Positions 12,898-31,369 of a DNA stretch of 64,000 bases are shown here, in pieces. Below the pieces are notes generated by a model that did not search any database, was not told where the DNA came from, and was given only the letters and a program-made list of their open reading frames with translations. The translations under genes and the position numbers were made by a program. Where the stretch lies: assembly GCF_009914755.1 (NCBI RefSeq), contig NC_060926.1, one strand, 5' to 3'. Every line of letters begins with the position of its first letter. Within the stretch, counting starts at the first letter, position 1. This stretch comes from the human T2T-CHM13v2.0 reference genome, Homo sapiens.

Positions 12898-15800
12898 AGC
12901 ATATGGTTTTCTAACCAATATTTAACTTCAGTTTAATGTTGTAAACCATACTAAATTCAGAGTATTCTTAATGCAATGGGAAATATTAATCTACTAATCA
13001 ATACCCAGCTTCCCTGCCATTGATGGATTATAATGGAGATCAACTTTACTTCGTTTTAATTGAGAAAGTAAGTATGCAGAACAAATGAAATATCTTCTTT
13101 GGTTACCCAATATCATAAGCTACTGCATTTTTGTTAGCTTTGGTTTTAATATTAACCTTTGTTAATATTAAAGAGGTTTAATATTTTACTGTGTTTAGTT
13201 TGCTATGCTTATTCCCGTGATTAAATCCATTTTTACTATGTTTAGTTTACTATGCTTGTTCCTGTGATTAAATCCATTTCGTACAATGTAAATGTCATGC
13301 TTCAGCACTGATCTTGCCTTAACTTATAATTTTTTTTCAACGGTTTTAATCTTGGGAATGTAGACGCTTTAAAGTGTAGAGACTGTAAATAGGAAGGTTC
13401 CGTTTTTAATTAAGTCTTAAAGTCATTGAGAAATATTTAATTTGCCAGAGATTGAGAATTGTTGGAAAGACACAACTGCAAAATGCAGAGAATAATGATT
13501 ACCAATGACTTTAAAAATGTTTAATAGATACAGACTTTTTTCTTGCTACATGATGTTTCTTGTTGGTGTTTAGAGAAAGCATACTGCTTCTTTTGCTTCT
13601 TATGACAAAGAAATGAACTATGGTTGCAGAGTGTGTAATTTAAAAAAGAAACTTTGTCACTTTCTAGGAAGAAATTGCCTAAAAATAGAAAAATCTTACC
13701 TCTCCTACCTCTTCTACCTTTTGAGAAACTCCTTTTTATAGTTCAAACTTCCTTTCTAAAGACCTAATTTCCAATGCTACCACTTTAATCTTCAGTGGAT
13801 TTTTGTGTTATTTCAGAGAACAATGAATGTATATGTAACATTTAAACTATCAGTAATTCATTGTGTAAGAGCAATTCAATGGAAACACCACGCTGAAACT
13901 ATTGATTAAGATGTGAAATTTCCAAAATATTACAGAAAAACTTCAACTTTTTTGTACTTCCAGAGGAATCTGTATGAGCATAATTATTGAGTAGAGTAGC
14001 CAGATAGAACCTGATTAGCTATTACACTTTAATTTTTAAAATACACATTCCAGAAGAAAATTACTCTGAACTTTATTTCTTTATTCCAGTCGGAGGAAAA
14101 TTAAGACTTTTTTTATACTCTTCAGTCGAAATAGACAATTATACAGGTATATGAACATTGGCATATAGTCTGTTCTACTTGTTCATTAAAAATATCCTAC
14201 ATAAGCTTAACTCTCAAAATAATTGAGTTTCCTTTAATATATGTGACAGAAGAGGTAAATAATATATGATTTTAATTATAACATTGTAAAAATAAGTTTT
14301 CTTTTGGCATTAACAGCTGCTAAAAAAATACAATGGAGAGCAAGTGTGTTTCATCCATTACCGACATGGAAAAGGATGTTTATATAAATATTTTAATCAT
14401 TTAAATTGTTGATGTAGTTTGATGGCAGACTGTCTTTCCAAAACATATGTTTTTCATTGTCATAATCATATTTTTTCAATCTCAGGAGGGAATTAACTTG
14501 AGCTGATACTACTATAATAACAGCAAGATTTACTGATATTCATTTCTCAATAAACAGATGTTGATTTTTATCAGTAGAAGGTATCTGAAAGATAAATTGC
14601 AAGTAATCTCTGCTAATGATTCAGATATTAAACTATGGATACAATTCAGAGTAATTATTTTATTAGAAAAAATTATACTTTCCCCTTTTTTATATATAGA
14701 ATAAATTGTGCCAACTCCCTTTTTGGACTGTAACCATCATATATATCTAATATTTAATTCACTGGATTGCTTTAAAAATTATGTTAAATATACAATGTTA
14801 TCAACTGAAACTTATTCCCAAGAACTTAGGCATGACCATTTAAAAATTACTATCAAATAAGAAAATTCCTTTGCTTGAACTTTATTTCTAATGCAAAGTT
14901 TATTGTGAAAATGGCATACGTGCTTGGCATTGCCTGAAACAAAGTTTAGATCCTTTCATCATCAAAAGCATTTACAAAGCATCTTCATGTGTGTAACTCT
15001 TGGCAAACTACTGTACAAAATGTTTCAACAGAGAAGCTGCTCTCAGCTAGAAGTTCACTATCTATGAATTAGTGTCACCTGTGAGCTATGCTGATCATCA
15101 AACAGAAACCAATTATGAAGTATGAAGGCTCACCACTAAAACAGTGTTCATGAGAAGTGATCCAGTTTCTACTGAACGGTCAAGTTGAATACATGCAGCA
15201 AAGATCACAATGGTAGGGAAAGCAGTACTTATCTCAAATTATGAAATGCAATGGTTGATTATTGGAAAGTGTGAATAGAGTAGAATCCCCTACTTGCATA
15301 TGTTCTGAAAGAATACATCTTTTAAGTCAAAGAATATTTATATATTCTAATGAATATTCATGTGAAGACATGGATGAAGAAGTGCAGTAGTCAGAATATT
15401 CCAGATAGTTTTAACAGAGTAAAAATATTATTAGGAATAGATACGCTTGATGTTTGCAAAGAATAATTTAAAGAGTGATCTGAAAGCACATATAAAGATT
15501 AAAAAGTTAAACAGGTAGGGGAGGCAAGATGATGATGGTGGAAAGCTAGACAGATGATGTAGAACATTAATTTACAGTTGTTGGAGAGATTTGCTGACAT
15601 TTTAAATTTAACATGCCTACAACTTACCTTTTCAATCTTTGTCCCATTTAATAGGAGGAACCCTTGCTCAGGTCAAAAACTTGGGAGTCATTCTTGAAGC
15701 TTATTCCACCTCCAATCCAATAAGTAATTACCCTTATCCTCTTAATTAAGCTTCGAAAATGTGTCTTTACATGTTTTCCCTTTCCTAATGCTGAGACTCA

Positions 15801-15956
15801 CATCTAAGCCAGAAACGTTTCTCAGGTGGCCTCTACAATAATCTTCCAATCAACCTGGAAAACTTGGTCTCTTTTCAATCCTTTTATTCTTTCTCTATAC
15901 AGAGCAAGTGAAATCAAAATTTTATATAAATGTATATAAATATGTATATGTGTATA

Positions 15957-16328
15957 CAGTTCAACTTTTAACAACATGGTTTAAACTAAGTGGGTCAACT
16001 TATATGCCTATTTTCTTCTCCCTTTGCCATGCTTGTGACAGCAAGACCAAGACCTCCTCTTCTTCCTCCTCCTCAGCCTAGTCTACTTGAAGATGATGAG
16101 GATGAAGACCTTTATAATAACCCACTTCCACATAATAAATAGTAAATGTATTTTCTCTCCCTTATGATTTTCTCAATAACAGTTTTTCTTTAGCTTACTA
16201 AATTATAAAAATACAGTTTATAATACATATAAGATATAAAGTTATGGGTTAATCAATGGTTTATGTTGTTGGTAAGACTTTTGATCATCAGTAGGCTATT
16301 AGTAGTTTTTAGTGAGTCAAAAGTTACA
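15957..16328 (+). mobile_element. Tigger2a (MER28) DNA transposon, left part
   Basis: TA followed by a cagtt terminus; gacagcaagacc...gaagatgatgaggatgaagaccttt...cagtaggctattagtagt...gagtcaaaagtta. Confidence 0.85.
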
Positions 16329-19300
16329 GGCAGGGGAAGAAGCAGAGCAAGGTAGTGGAATAGAAGCCTCCAGCACTCACCCACCTGAAGGAATACCAAA
16401 TTGAACAACTATCCACACGAAAAAGCACCTACATAAGAACAAAAAAATCAGGTAACAGTACCTGGTTTTAACATATTAAGGAAGGAGACACTGAAGAGGG
16501 TAGGAAAGACAGTCTTGAATTGCAAACACCACCTTTCTCCTGTAGTCTGGCAATGGCCACTTGGCACAGAGAGAGAATCTGTTCTTAGGGTAGGGAAAGC
16601 ACAGCGATTTGGAGACTTTTCGTTGGAATTCAGTGCATTCCTGTTATAGCAGCATAGGGTAGAACTTAGCTGGTGTCTACAGAGGGAGCTTTTTGGCCAG
16701 CCCTAGCTAGAGGCAAATTACCCATCCCAGCAGTTGGAACATAAATTCTGGCAAGTGCTGCCAGCATGGACTAAAGTGCTCTGGAGTTCTAAATAAGTTT
16801 GAAAGTCAATTGAGGCCACAAGACTACAATTCCTGGGCAAGTCCTGGTGCTGTGCTGGGCTCAGAGCCAGTTTACTTGCAGTGCATGCAGCCTATTGAGA
16901 CACCAGCTGGGACAACCAAGAGAGTGCTTGTGTCACCCCTACCTCAACTGCAGGCAGCACAGTTTGCAGCTCTGGGAGGGACTCCTTTTCTCTTCTTCAG
17001 GAGAGGAGAGAAAAGAGTAAAGAGGACTTTTCTTGCACCTTGGATATCAGCTCAGACACTGTAGAATAAGACAGCAGGCAGAGTCCCAAAGCCCCATTCC
17101 AGGCCCCAGCTCCCAGAAAACATTTCTAAACACACCCTGGGCCAGTAGGAAACCACTGCCTTGAACGGAAGGACCCAGTCCTGACAGAATTTATTACCTG
17201 CTGACTAAAGAGACATTGGGACATGAATAATCAGCAGTGGTAGCCAGGCAGTACTCACTGTGGCCTTAAGTGAGACTCAGAACTGTGCTGGTTTCAGGTG
17301 AGACCCAGTACATTCACAGCTGGAATGGCTATGGGGAGAGACTCCTTCTGCTTGAGGAAAGGAGAGAGAAGAGTAGAGGAAACTTTGTCTTTTAGCTTAG
17401 GTACCAGCTTGACCACAGAGGGGTAGACCACAAAGAAGACTGGTATCCTTGATTCTAGGCCTTGGCTCCTAGATGGTATGTCTGAACCTTCTCTGGGCTA
17501 GAAGGAAGCCCACTGCCCTGTAGGAAGAGGCTTGGTCCTGGCAGTATTCACCATAAGGTGACTGAAGAGTCCTCGGGCTTTCAGTGAACATAAGCAATAG
17601 CCAGGCAGTACTGGATGTGGGCATGGGGCACTGGTGCCCATGAGGAGAAACTCCTCTGCTTAAGGTAAGGGGAGGGAAGAGGGGAAGAACTTGGTATTGC
17701 AGTTTGTGTGGCAACGCAGCTTCAGTAGAATAGACCACCTGGTAGATTCCTAAGGTTCCTGACTCGAGGCTCTGGCTTTTGGGTGGCATCTCCAGATGAG
17801 CCCAAGACCTACGAAAACTCACCAGCCAGAAGGGAAGGATAGAAGTCTGATTGGATTCATTACTGGCTAATTCTAGAGCCCTTGGGCAATGAATGAACAT
17901 AGTTGGTACACAGGCAGTGATCACTGTGGGCCTTGGAAAAGACTCAGTCCTGTTCTGGCTTGGGATTTCATCCAGAGCAGTCCCAATGGTGGGGGCCACA
18001 GGGCTGCTTGTGTCACCCTTCATCCAGTTCCAGGCAGCTAAGAGCAGAAAAAAGGGTTCTGTTTGTTTGGGGGGAAAGTTAAAGGAAGAGAACAAGAGTG
18101 TCTGCTTTGTTATTCAGAAAATTCCCCCAGGTCTTATCCAAAACCACCAAGGTGGCACTCTTATGAGTCTGCAAGTACCACAGCATTATTAATGCTCCCT
18201 AAAGCAGATATGCCTGCAGATAACAAACAGATCATTACAACCAAGTCCCTTTGAATATCTGGAAAGCTTTCCCAAGAAGGACAAGTAGAAACAAGCCCAG
18301 ACTGTGAAGACTGCAATAAATATCTCATTTTTAAATGCCCAGACTTGATGGACATTCATGAGCATCAAGACCATGAAGGAAAACTACCTCACCAAATGAA
18401 CAAATGAACTAAATAAGGCACAAATGACCAATCCCAGAGAGATAGGAATATATGAACTTTAAAACAGAGAATTCAAATAGCTGTTTTGAGGAAGCTCAAC
18501 AAAATCCAAGATAATATGGTGAAGAAATTCAGAATCCTATCAGATAAATTTAACAAAGAAGTTGAAATAATTAAAAACAATTAAGCAGAAATTATGGAGC
18601 TGAAAAATGCAATTGATATACTAAAAAATGCATCAGAGTCTCTTACTGGTGGAATTGAACAAACAGAAGAAAGAATTAGTGAACCTGAAGACAGCCTATT
18701 TGAAAATACACAGAGGAAACAAAAGAAAAAATAACTTAAAAAGGAAGCATGCCTACAAGATCTAGAAAATAGCCTCAAAAGGCCAAACCAAATAGCTTCA
18801 AAAAGACAAATCTAAGGGTATTGGCCTTAAAGAGATGGTAGGGAGAGAGTATAAGGTAGAAAACTTATTCAAAGGGATAATAAGAGAGAACTTCCCAAAC
18901 CCAAAGGAAGATATCAATCTTCAAGTACAACAAGGGTATAGAACACTAAGGAGATTTAATACACATAAGACTACCTTAAGACATTTAATAATCAAACTTC
19001 TAAAGTTCAAAGATGAAAAACATATTCTAAAAGCAATAAGAAAAAAAACAAAAACAAAGGAACACCAATACTTCTGGCAGCAGACTTAGTGCAAATATTA
19101 CAGGCCAGGAGAGAGTGGCATATTTAAAGGATTTAAGGGAAAAAAAAGTTTATCCTAGAAGAGTAGATTCAGCAAAAATATTTTTAAACTTGAAGGATGA
19201 ATAAAAACTTTCTCCAAAAAACAAAAGCTTAAGGATTTCATAAACACCAGACCTGTCCTACAAGAAATGCTACAGCGAGTTCTTCAATCTGAAAGAACAG

Positions 19301-19465
19301 AAAATTAATAAGCAACAAGAAGTCATCTGAAGATACAAAACTCACTGTTAATAGTAAGTATGCAGAAACACACAGAGTATAATACAACTCTCATTGCAGT
19401 GTATACACTAATCATATCTTGAGTAGAAAGACTGAAAAGTTTTACTATCAAAAATAATAACTACT

Positions 19466-19771
<306 letters not shown>

Positions 19772-21022
19772 CTACAACAACTTTTGAAGACATGGACAGT
19801 ATATTAAGATTTAAATAGAAATAACAAAAAAATTTAAAAATGGAGAGTGAAGTTAAAGTGTAGTTTTTATTAATATTACCTTTGCTTTTTTGTTTGTCTA
19901 TGGGAGCAGTGTTTTCATCAATTTAAAGTAATGGGTTATAATATGTTATTTGCAAGTCTCACGATAACCTCAAATCAAAAATCCTACAAAAGTTATCCCA
20001 CAAATAAAAAGCAAGAAATTAAAATATAACATCAGAGAAAATCAGCTTCACAAAAAAAAAAAAAAAAAAAAAAATGGAAGGAAGAAATGTAAAAAGAGAA
20101 GATGACAAAACAACCAGAAACAAACAGAATAGCAGGAGGAAGTCTTTACTTATAAATAATAATATTGAATATGAAGGGACTAAACTCTCCAATTAAAAGA
20201 CATAGAGTGGCTGGCTGGATGGATTAAAAAAACAGGACCCAACAGTCTGTCACACACAAGAAACACATTTCACCTATAAATACACAAATAGTCTGAAAAT
20301 AAATGATGGGAAAAAGATATTCCATGCAACTGGAAACCAAAAAAGAGCAGGAATAGCTATATATATACATAGCCTGCAGAATTCTGAGTCAAACCTCTTT
20401 TTAAACAAATAGACTTTAAGATAAAAACTGTAAAAAGAGACCAAGAAGGTCATGATATAATAATGAAGGAATCAATTCAGTAAGAAGACACAACAATTGT
20501 AACTGTATATGCACTCAACAATGGAGAACCCAGATGTATGAAGCAAACATTACTAGAGATAAAGAGCAAGAAAAGCCACATTTCAATACTATCTGGAGAC
20601 TTCAATACCTCACTTTCAGCATTGGACACATTATCAAGATATGAAGTCAACAAAGAAACAATGGATCTAATCTGCCTCATAGATCTCAAAGATCAAATCA
20701 ACCAAATAGATAATTACAGAATATTTCATCCAGTTGCTGCAGAATACACATTTTTTCTCCTCATTACATGGATCATCCTGGATCCTAAAATTCTAAAATC
20801 TGTAGGGAACCACAAAAGACCCAGAATAGCCAAAGCTATCTTGAACAAAAAGAACAAAACTGAAGGAATCATATTACTTGACTTCACATTATATTACAGA
20901 GCTATAGTAAGATAAACAGCATGGCATTATCATAAAAACAAATACATAGACCAATGGAACAGAATACAGACGCCAGAAACAAATCCATAAATCTGCAATT
21001 AACTCATTTTTAATAAAGGTGC

Positions 21023-21565
21023 TGCATTAGTCAGGGTTCTCTAGAGGGATGGGCCTATTATGATAGATGTATATACCAAAGGGAGTTTATTAAAGAGTAT
21101 TGATTCACACAATCACAAGGTGAGGTCCCACAATAGGCCATCTGCAAATTGAGGAAGTAATCCAGTTCAATTCCCCAAACCTCAAAAGTAGGGAAGCCAA
21201 GAGTGCAACCTTCAGTCTGTGGCTGAAGGCCCAAGAACCCCTGGAAAACCACTGGTGTAGGTCCAAGAGTCCAAAGCTGAAGAACCTGGAGTGCAACGTT
21301 CAAGGGCAGGAAGTATCCAGCATGGGGGAAAGATGGAGTCCAGAAGACTTAGCCAGTCTAGTCCTTCCACATACCTCTGACTGCTTTTATTCTAGCTGTG
21401 CTAGCAGTGGATTAGATGGGCTTACCTAGATTGAGGGTGGATCTGCCTCTCTTAGTCCCGACTTAAATGTTAGTCTGTTTTGGCAACACCCTCACAGACA
21501 CACCCAGGAACAATACTTTGCATTCTTCAATCCAAACAAGTTGACACTCAATACTAACCATCACA
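21023..21565 (-). mobile_element. MLT2A solo LTR inside L1 ORF2
   Basis: tgcattagtcagggttctctagag...ctaaccatcaca; L1 sequence is contiguous across the insertion. Confidence 0.9.
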
Positions 21566-21924
21566 AGGGCTAAGAACATGCACTGGGGAAAGGACAGTCT
21601 CTTTAATAAATAGTGCTGAGAAAATTAGATATCTATATGCAAAAGAATGAAACTAGATCCCTATATTTTACCATAGAGAAAAGTCAAATCAAAATGTATT
21701 AAAGGGTAAAATCTAAGATCTAAAACTGAAACTACTAAGAAAAAACTTTGGGGAAACTCTGCAGGACATTGGACTGGGCAAAGATTTTTTGAGTAATACA
21801 CCATCAGCACAGGCATCTAAAGCAAAGACGGACAACTGGGATTATATAAAGTTAGAAAGCCTCTTCACAACAAAGGAAACAATCAACAAAGTGAAGACGC
21901 AACTCAAAGACTGTTAGAAAATAT

Positions 21925-24447
<2,523 letters not shown>

Positions 24448-25513
24448 CTATCCACCTGACAGAAGATTAATAATCAGAATATATAAGAAGCTTCAACAAC
24501 TCTATAGAAAAAATCAATTCAATTTAAAAATGAATAATTTTAAAAATAATTCAATTTAAAAAATGGACAAAAGAAGGCACATGGATGACAAACACATATA
24601 TGAAAAAGGTACTCAACATCATTGATCATCAGAGAAATTCAAATCAAAACTACAATGAGTTATCATCTCAGTCCAGTTAAAATGCTTTTAACCCAAAAGC
24701 CAGGCAATAATGAATGCTGGTGAGGATGTGGATAAGAAGGAACCCTCCTACATTATTGGTGATAATGTAAATTAGTAAACCACTATGGAGAACAGTTTGG
24801 CAGTTGCCAAAACAAACAGCAACAAAAAAAAAAAACTAAAAACAGAGCTACCATATGATCCAACAATTCCACTGCTAGGTATATACCCAAAAGAAAGAAA
24901 ATCAGTATATGGAAGTGATATCTGCCTTCTCATGTTTACTGCAGCACTGTTCACAATAGCTAAGATTTGGAAGCAACTTATGTGTCCATCATCAGATGAA
25001 TTAATTTTAAAAATGTGATAATATACACCATGGAGTATTATTCAGTCATAAAAGTGAGTCAGATCCTGTCATTTGCAACAAAATGGATGAAACCGGACAT
25101 CATTATATTAAGTAAAATAAGCTGCAAACACAAAGACAAACTTTGCATGTTCTCATTTATTTGTGGGTGCTAAAAATTTAAAACAATTGAAGTCATGGAT
25201 ATAGAAAGTAGAACGATGTTCACCAGAGGCTGTGAAGGGTTTTGGTGGGGGGCAAGTAGGAATGAGTAAGATCTAATACTTGATAACACAACAGGGTGAC
25301 TACAGTCAATAATAGTTTATTGTACACTTAAAAATAACTAAACTGATATAACTGGATTGTGTGTAACACAAAGAAAGGATGACTGCTTGAGGTGATAGAT
25401 ACCACATTTACCCTGATGTTGTTAGTACACATTGAAGCTTGTATCAAAATATGTCATGTGCACCATAAATACATACACCTAATGCATACCCATAAACATT
25501 TAAAATTTCTTTT

Positions 25514-25585
25514 GAGTTATAGAAAAATATTTTAGTATGCCAGGTGTTAGCGCCCTTAACCCTCATGTGGCTGAAGAGTCAATTG
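25514..25585 (+). mobile_element. Tigger2a, right part
   Basis: agcgcccttaaccctcatgtggctgaagagtcaattg is a decayed 3' end/TIR completing the element at 15957. Confidence 0.75.
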
Positions 25586-26499
25586 CGTGTGTGTGGATAC
25601 ACACACAGACACACACACACACATATGTGTGTCGATACATCATATGATCAAATTGGTTTAGAACTGATTTCTGTGTGTGTAACCATCTGTGTGTGTGTGT
25701 GTGTGTGTGTGTAAATTTGAACATGTTAAAACCCTTCAATGGATCTTACCTTTTCAGAATAAAATTCAAACTGCTTACCATGGCCTACAGTTTCCTGCAC
25801 GATCTTATCCTGCCAACTTCTAAAAAAACAACAACTTTTTTTTACTTGTTCTCTCACTGAAAAAAAGCAAGACATCTTGGTCTTTTTTCAGTTTCAGGTT
25901 TGTTTTTCAGGACCATTTACATGCTGTCATGCTGTTTACTTTGCTTGGCGTCTGCTTTCCTTTCTTTGTCTGGTTGATTTCTTCTTATTCTTCTATCCCA
26001 AGTGAAAATTTAATGATTCAGAAAAGCAATTGTCATTCACTTACCTAAAATTGTTTTTATTCATCCTGTTATTCTACTCCGTATCTCTTATTTCAATTTG
26101 AATTGGATTTCACATATTTGAGTGCTTATTTAATTAATATGATTATTTTCCCAATATACTTTAAATCTATTGTGGGTAAGGGACACATCTATTTTGTTCA
26201 CAACTACATACTTATCCCTCAGTTTATTATATGAAGAGATCAGGCTTTCAAGATGTAGTGAGTCAGTAAATATGGCTGACCTTAGAGTTCTCATTTTTCC
26301 AGTGAAAGGAATGACATTAATAATGACATTAATAATATAAAAGCATATAACAAGTTAGAGCTAGAAACAAAATGAACCCAGATTCCCTAGGTTCCAACCA
26401 GGTATGGATTTTTTAATTTTTCTGTACTTGTTTCCTTTAACTATACTTGGTTATTGTTTTATTTAGAGTTTTCTAGAGTCAGGGAGAGACATATTGATA

Positions 26500-26755
26500 C
26501 AATTTCAACATACCTTCTCTTATATAACAAGGAATAAGAGAGGAAAGAAAACAAAGATATTTGCTTAATATGTTCATACAGACACAAATGTATTTTTAAC
26601 ATGTGATCTGTAACTGGTCATATGTTCCTAGCTTCCAATCACCTTCTTCTACCAGTCTGGCCTTTTTCCTGCAGCAAGCATCTATGCTAGCTGTGGATTT
26701 TTACCTGTTGGAATGACCCAAATTTTCATGTGTGAGGGCTCTGAGCCATTCATAC
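26500..26755 (-). mobile_element. Old ERVL internal fragment
   Basis: Colinear similarity to the HERV-L internal sequence at about 33700-33975 (aactggtcat...tgacccaaat...tctgagccatt). Confidence 0.55.
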
Positions 26756-26789
26756 TTTGAAACTCAGTGGTTCAAACAAAGATTCAAAC

Positions 26790-28750
<1,961 letters not shown>

Positions 28751-28762
28751 CTATCTTCTATT

Positions 28763-31059
28763 TGGTATGGTTTGTCTCTGTGTCTGCACCCAAATCTCAT
28801 CTTGAATTGTATTCCCATAATTCCCATATGTTGTGAGAGGGACCCAGTGGAAGATAATTTGAATCATGGGGGTGGTTTTCCCCCATACTATTCTCATGGT
28901 AGTGAATAAGTCATATGAGATTTGTTGGCTTTATCAGGGGTTTCTGCTTTTGCATCTTCCTCATTTTCTTTTGCCACCACCATGTAAGAAAGTGCCTTTT
29001 ACTTCCCACCACCATTCTGAAGTCTCCCCAGCCATGTGGAACTGTAAGTCCAATTAAACCTCTTTTTCTTCTGTCTCAGATATGTCTTTATCAGCAGCAT
29101 AAAAATGGACTAATACTGTAAGTTGGTAGCGGTAGAGTGGGACATTGCTGAAAAGATACCCAAAAATGTGGAAGCAGCTTTGGAACTTGGTAGCAGGCAG
29201 AGGCTGGAATGGTTTGGAACACTTGGAAGAGGATAGAAAAATGTGGGAAAGTTTGGAACTTCCTAGAGACTTGTTGAATGGCTTTGACAAAAATACTGAT
29301 AATGATATGGACCTTGATATCAGTACCACCAGGCTGAGGTGGTCTCAGATGGAGATGAGAAACTTGTTTGGAAATGGAGCAAAGGTGACTCTTGTTATGT
29401 TTTAGCAAAGAGATTAGAGGCATTTTGCTCCAGCCCAGAGATTTGCCAAACTTTGAACTTGAGAGAGATGATTTAGGGTATCTGACAGAAGAAATTTCTA
29501 AGCAGCAGTGCATTGAAGAGGTCATTTGGGTGCTTTTAAAGGTATTCAGTTTTAAAAGGTAAGGGGAGCATAAAAGTTCAGAAAATTTGCAGGCTGATAA
29601 TGTGATAGAAAAGAAAACCCCATTTCCTGAGGAGAAATTCAAGCTGGCTGCAGATATTTGCATAATTAACAAGGAGCTAAATGTTAATCTACAAGTCAAT
29701 GGGGGAAATGTCTCCAGGGTATGTCAGAAACCTTTGCAGCAGCCTCTCCCATCACAAACCCAGAGATCTAGAAGGAAAAAAATGGTTTCATGGGTAGGGC
29801 CCAGAGTCCCTGTGCCGTGTGCAGTGTAGGGATTTGGTGCCCTGCCTCCCAGCTGCTGTAGCAGTGGCTCAAAAGGGTCAACATAGAGCTCAGGCCATGG
29901 CTTCAGAGGATTCAAGCCCTAAACCTTGGCAGCTTCCAAGTAGTGTTGAGCTTGTGGCTGCACAGAAGTCAAGAACTGAGGTTTGGGAACCTCCTCCTAA
30001 ATTTCGGAAGATGTATGGAAATGCCTGGATTCCCGCTAGAAGTTTGCTGGAGGGGCAGGGCTCTCATGCAGAACTTCTGCTAGGGCAGTGTGGAAGGGAA
30101 ATGTGGGGTCAGATCCCCACACAGAGTCCCTACTGGGGAACCACCTAATGGAGCTGTGAGAAAAGGCCATTATCCTCCAGACCCCAGAATGGTAGATCCA
30201 CCAACAGCTTGCACCTGGAAAAGCCACAGACATTCATCACCAGCCTGTGAAAGCAGCCAGGAGGGGGGCCTATACACTGCAAAGCCACAGGGGCGAAGCT
30301 GCCCAAGACCACGAAAACCCACCTCTTGAATCAGTGTGACCTAGACGTGAGACCTGGAGTCAAGGAGATCATTTTGGAGCTTTAAAATTTGACTGTCCTG
30401 CTGGATTTTGGACTTGCTTGGGCCCTGTAACCCCACTGTTTTGGCCAATCCCTGTAACCCCTTTGTTTTGGGCAATTTCTCCCATTTGGAAAAGCTGTAT
30501 TTACCCAATACCTGTACCCACATTGTATCTAGGAAGTAACTAGTTTGCTTTTGATTTTACAGGCTCATAGGTGGAAGGGATTTGCCTTGTCTCAGATGAG
30601 GCTTTTGGGTTAATGCTGAAATGAGTTAAGACTTTAGGGGACTGTTGGGAAGGCATGATTGGTGTTGAAATGTGAAGACATGGATTTGGAGGGGCCAGGG
30701 GTGGAATATATGGTTTGGCTCTGTGTCCCTACCCAAATCTCATCTTGAATTCTACTCCCATAATTCCCACATATTGTGGGAGGGACATGGTGGAAGATAA
30801 TATGATTCATGGGGGTGGTTTTTCCCATGCTGTTCTCATGGTAGTGAATAAGTCTCACAAGATCTGATGATTTTATCAGGGGTGTCTGCTTTTGCATCTT
30901 CCTCATTTTCTCTTGCCATCACCGTGTAAGAAGTGCCTTTCACCTATGGCCATCATTCTGAGGCCTTCCCAGCCATGTAGAACTGTAAGTCCAATTAACT
31001 TTATTTCCTTCCCAGTCTTGGGTATGTCTTTACCAGCAGCATGAAAACGGACTAATACA
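28763..31059 (+). mobile_element. THE1A full-length element (LTRs 28763-29117 and about 30707-31059)
   Basis: Two direct LTRs with THE1A-type cttcctcattttct...ggaactgtaagtccaatt; about 1.6 kb internal region; TSD ctatt/ttatt. Confidence 0.92.
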
Positions 31060-31369
31060 TTATTAAAGGGCAATGAATTATTTTAGATACTTGTCAGTCA
31101 CATAGATTTATTGATTTATTTTGTTTCAAATGCTTTTATTATTTAGTATTGTGTCATTTTAATATTAATTGATTAATTTTATGGTCTCAACTTAAGGGTT
31201 GAATAAATATGGAAATTAGCTATAAGAAAATGAGAGTCTAAATGTATTATCCCAAAGGGGTTCTGTTCAGTTATTGCTTAAGTTGGTTTTTCTCAAACTT
31301 TATGTTTAAGTTCTATCCTACAGTACCTCAGAATGATTGTAATTGATGATAGAGTCTTAAAGTGCTTAG

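Noticed and set aside
14070-14152. Possible micro-exon (ttccag ... caggtatat)
   Set aside because: Weak donor and no coding support; expected by chance in AT-rich DNA.
17469-18095. 208-aa minus-strand ORF, the longest in the window
   Set aside because: It lies antisense in a decayed L1 5'UTR and has no recognisable domain; most likely a chance ORF in GC-richer repeat sequence.
29091-29699. 202-aa minus-strand ORF
   Set aside because: Antisense to THE1A-int, with no domain features.
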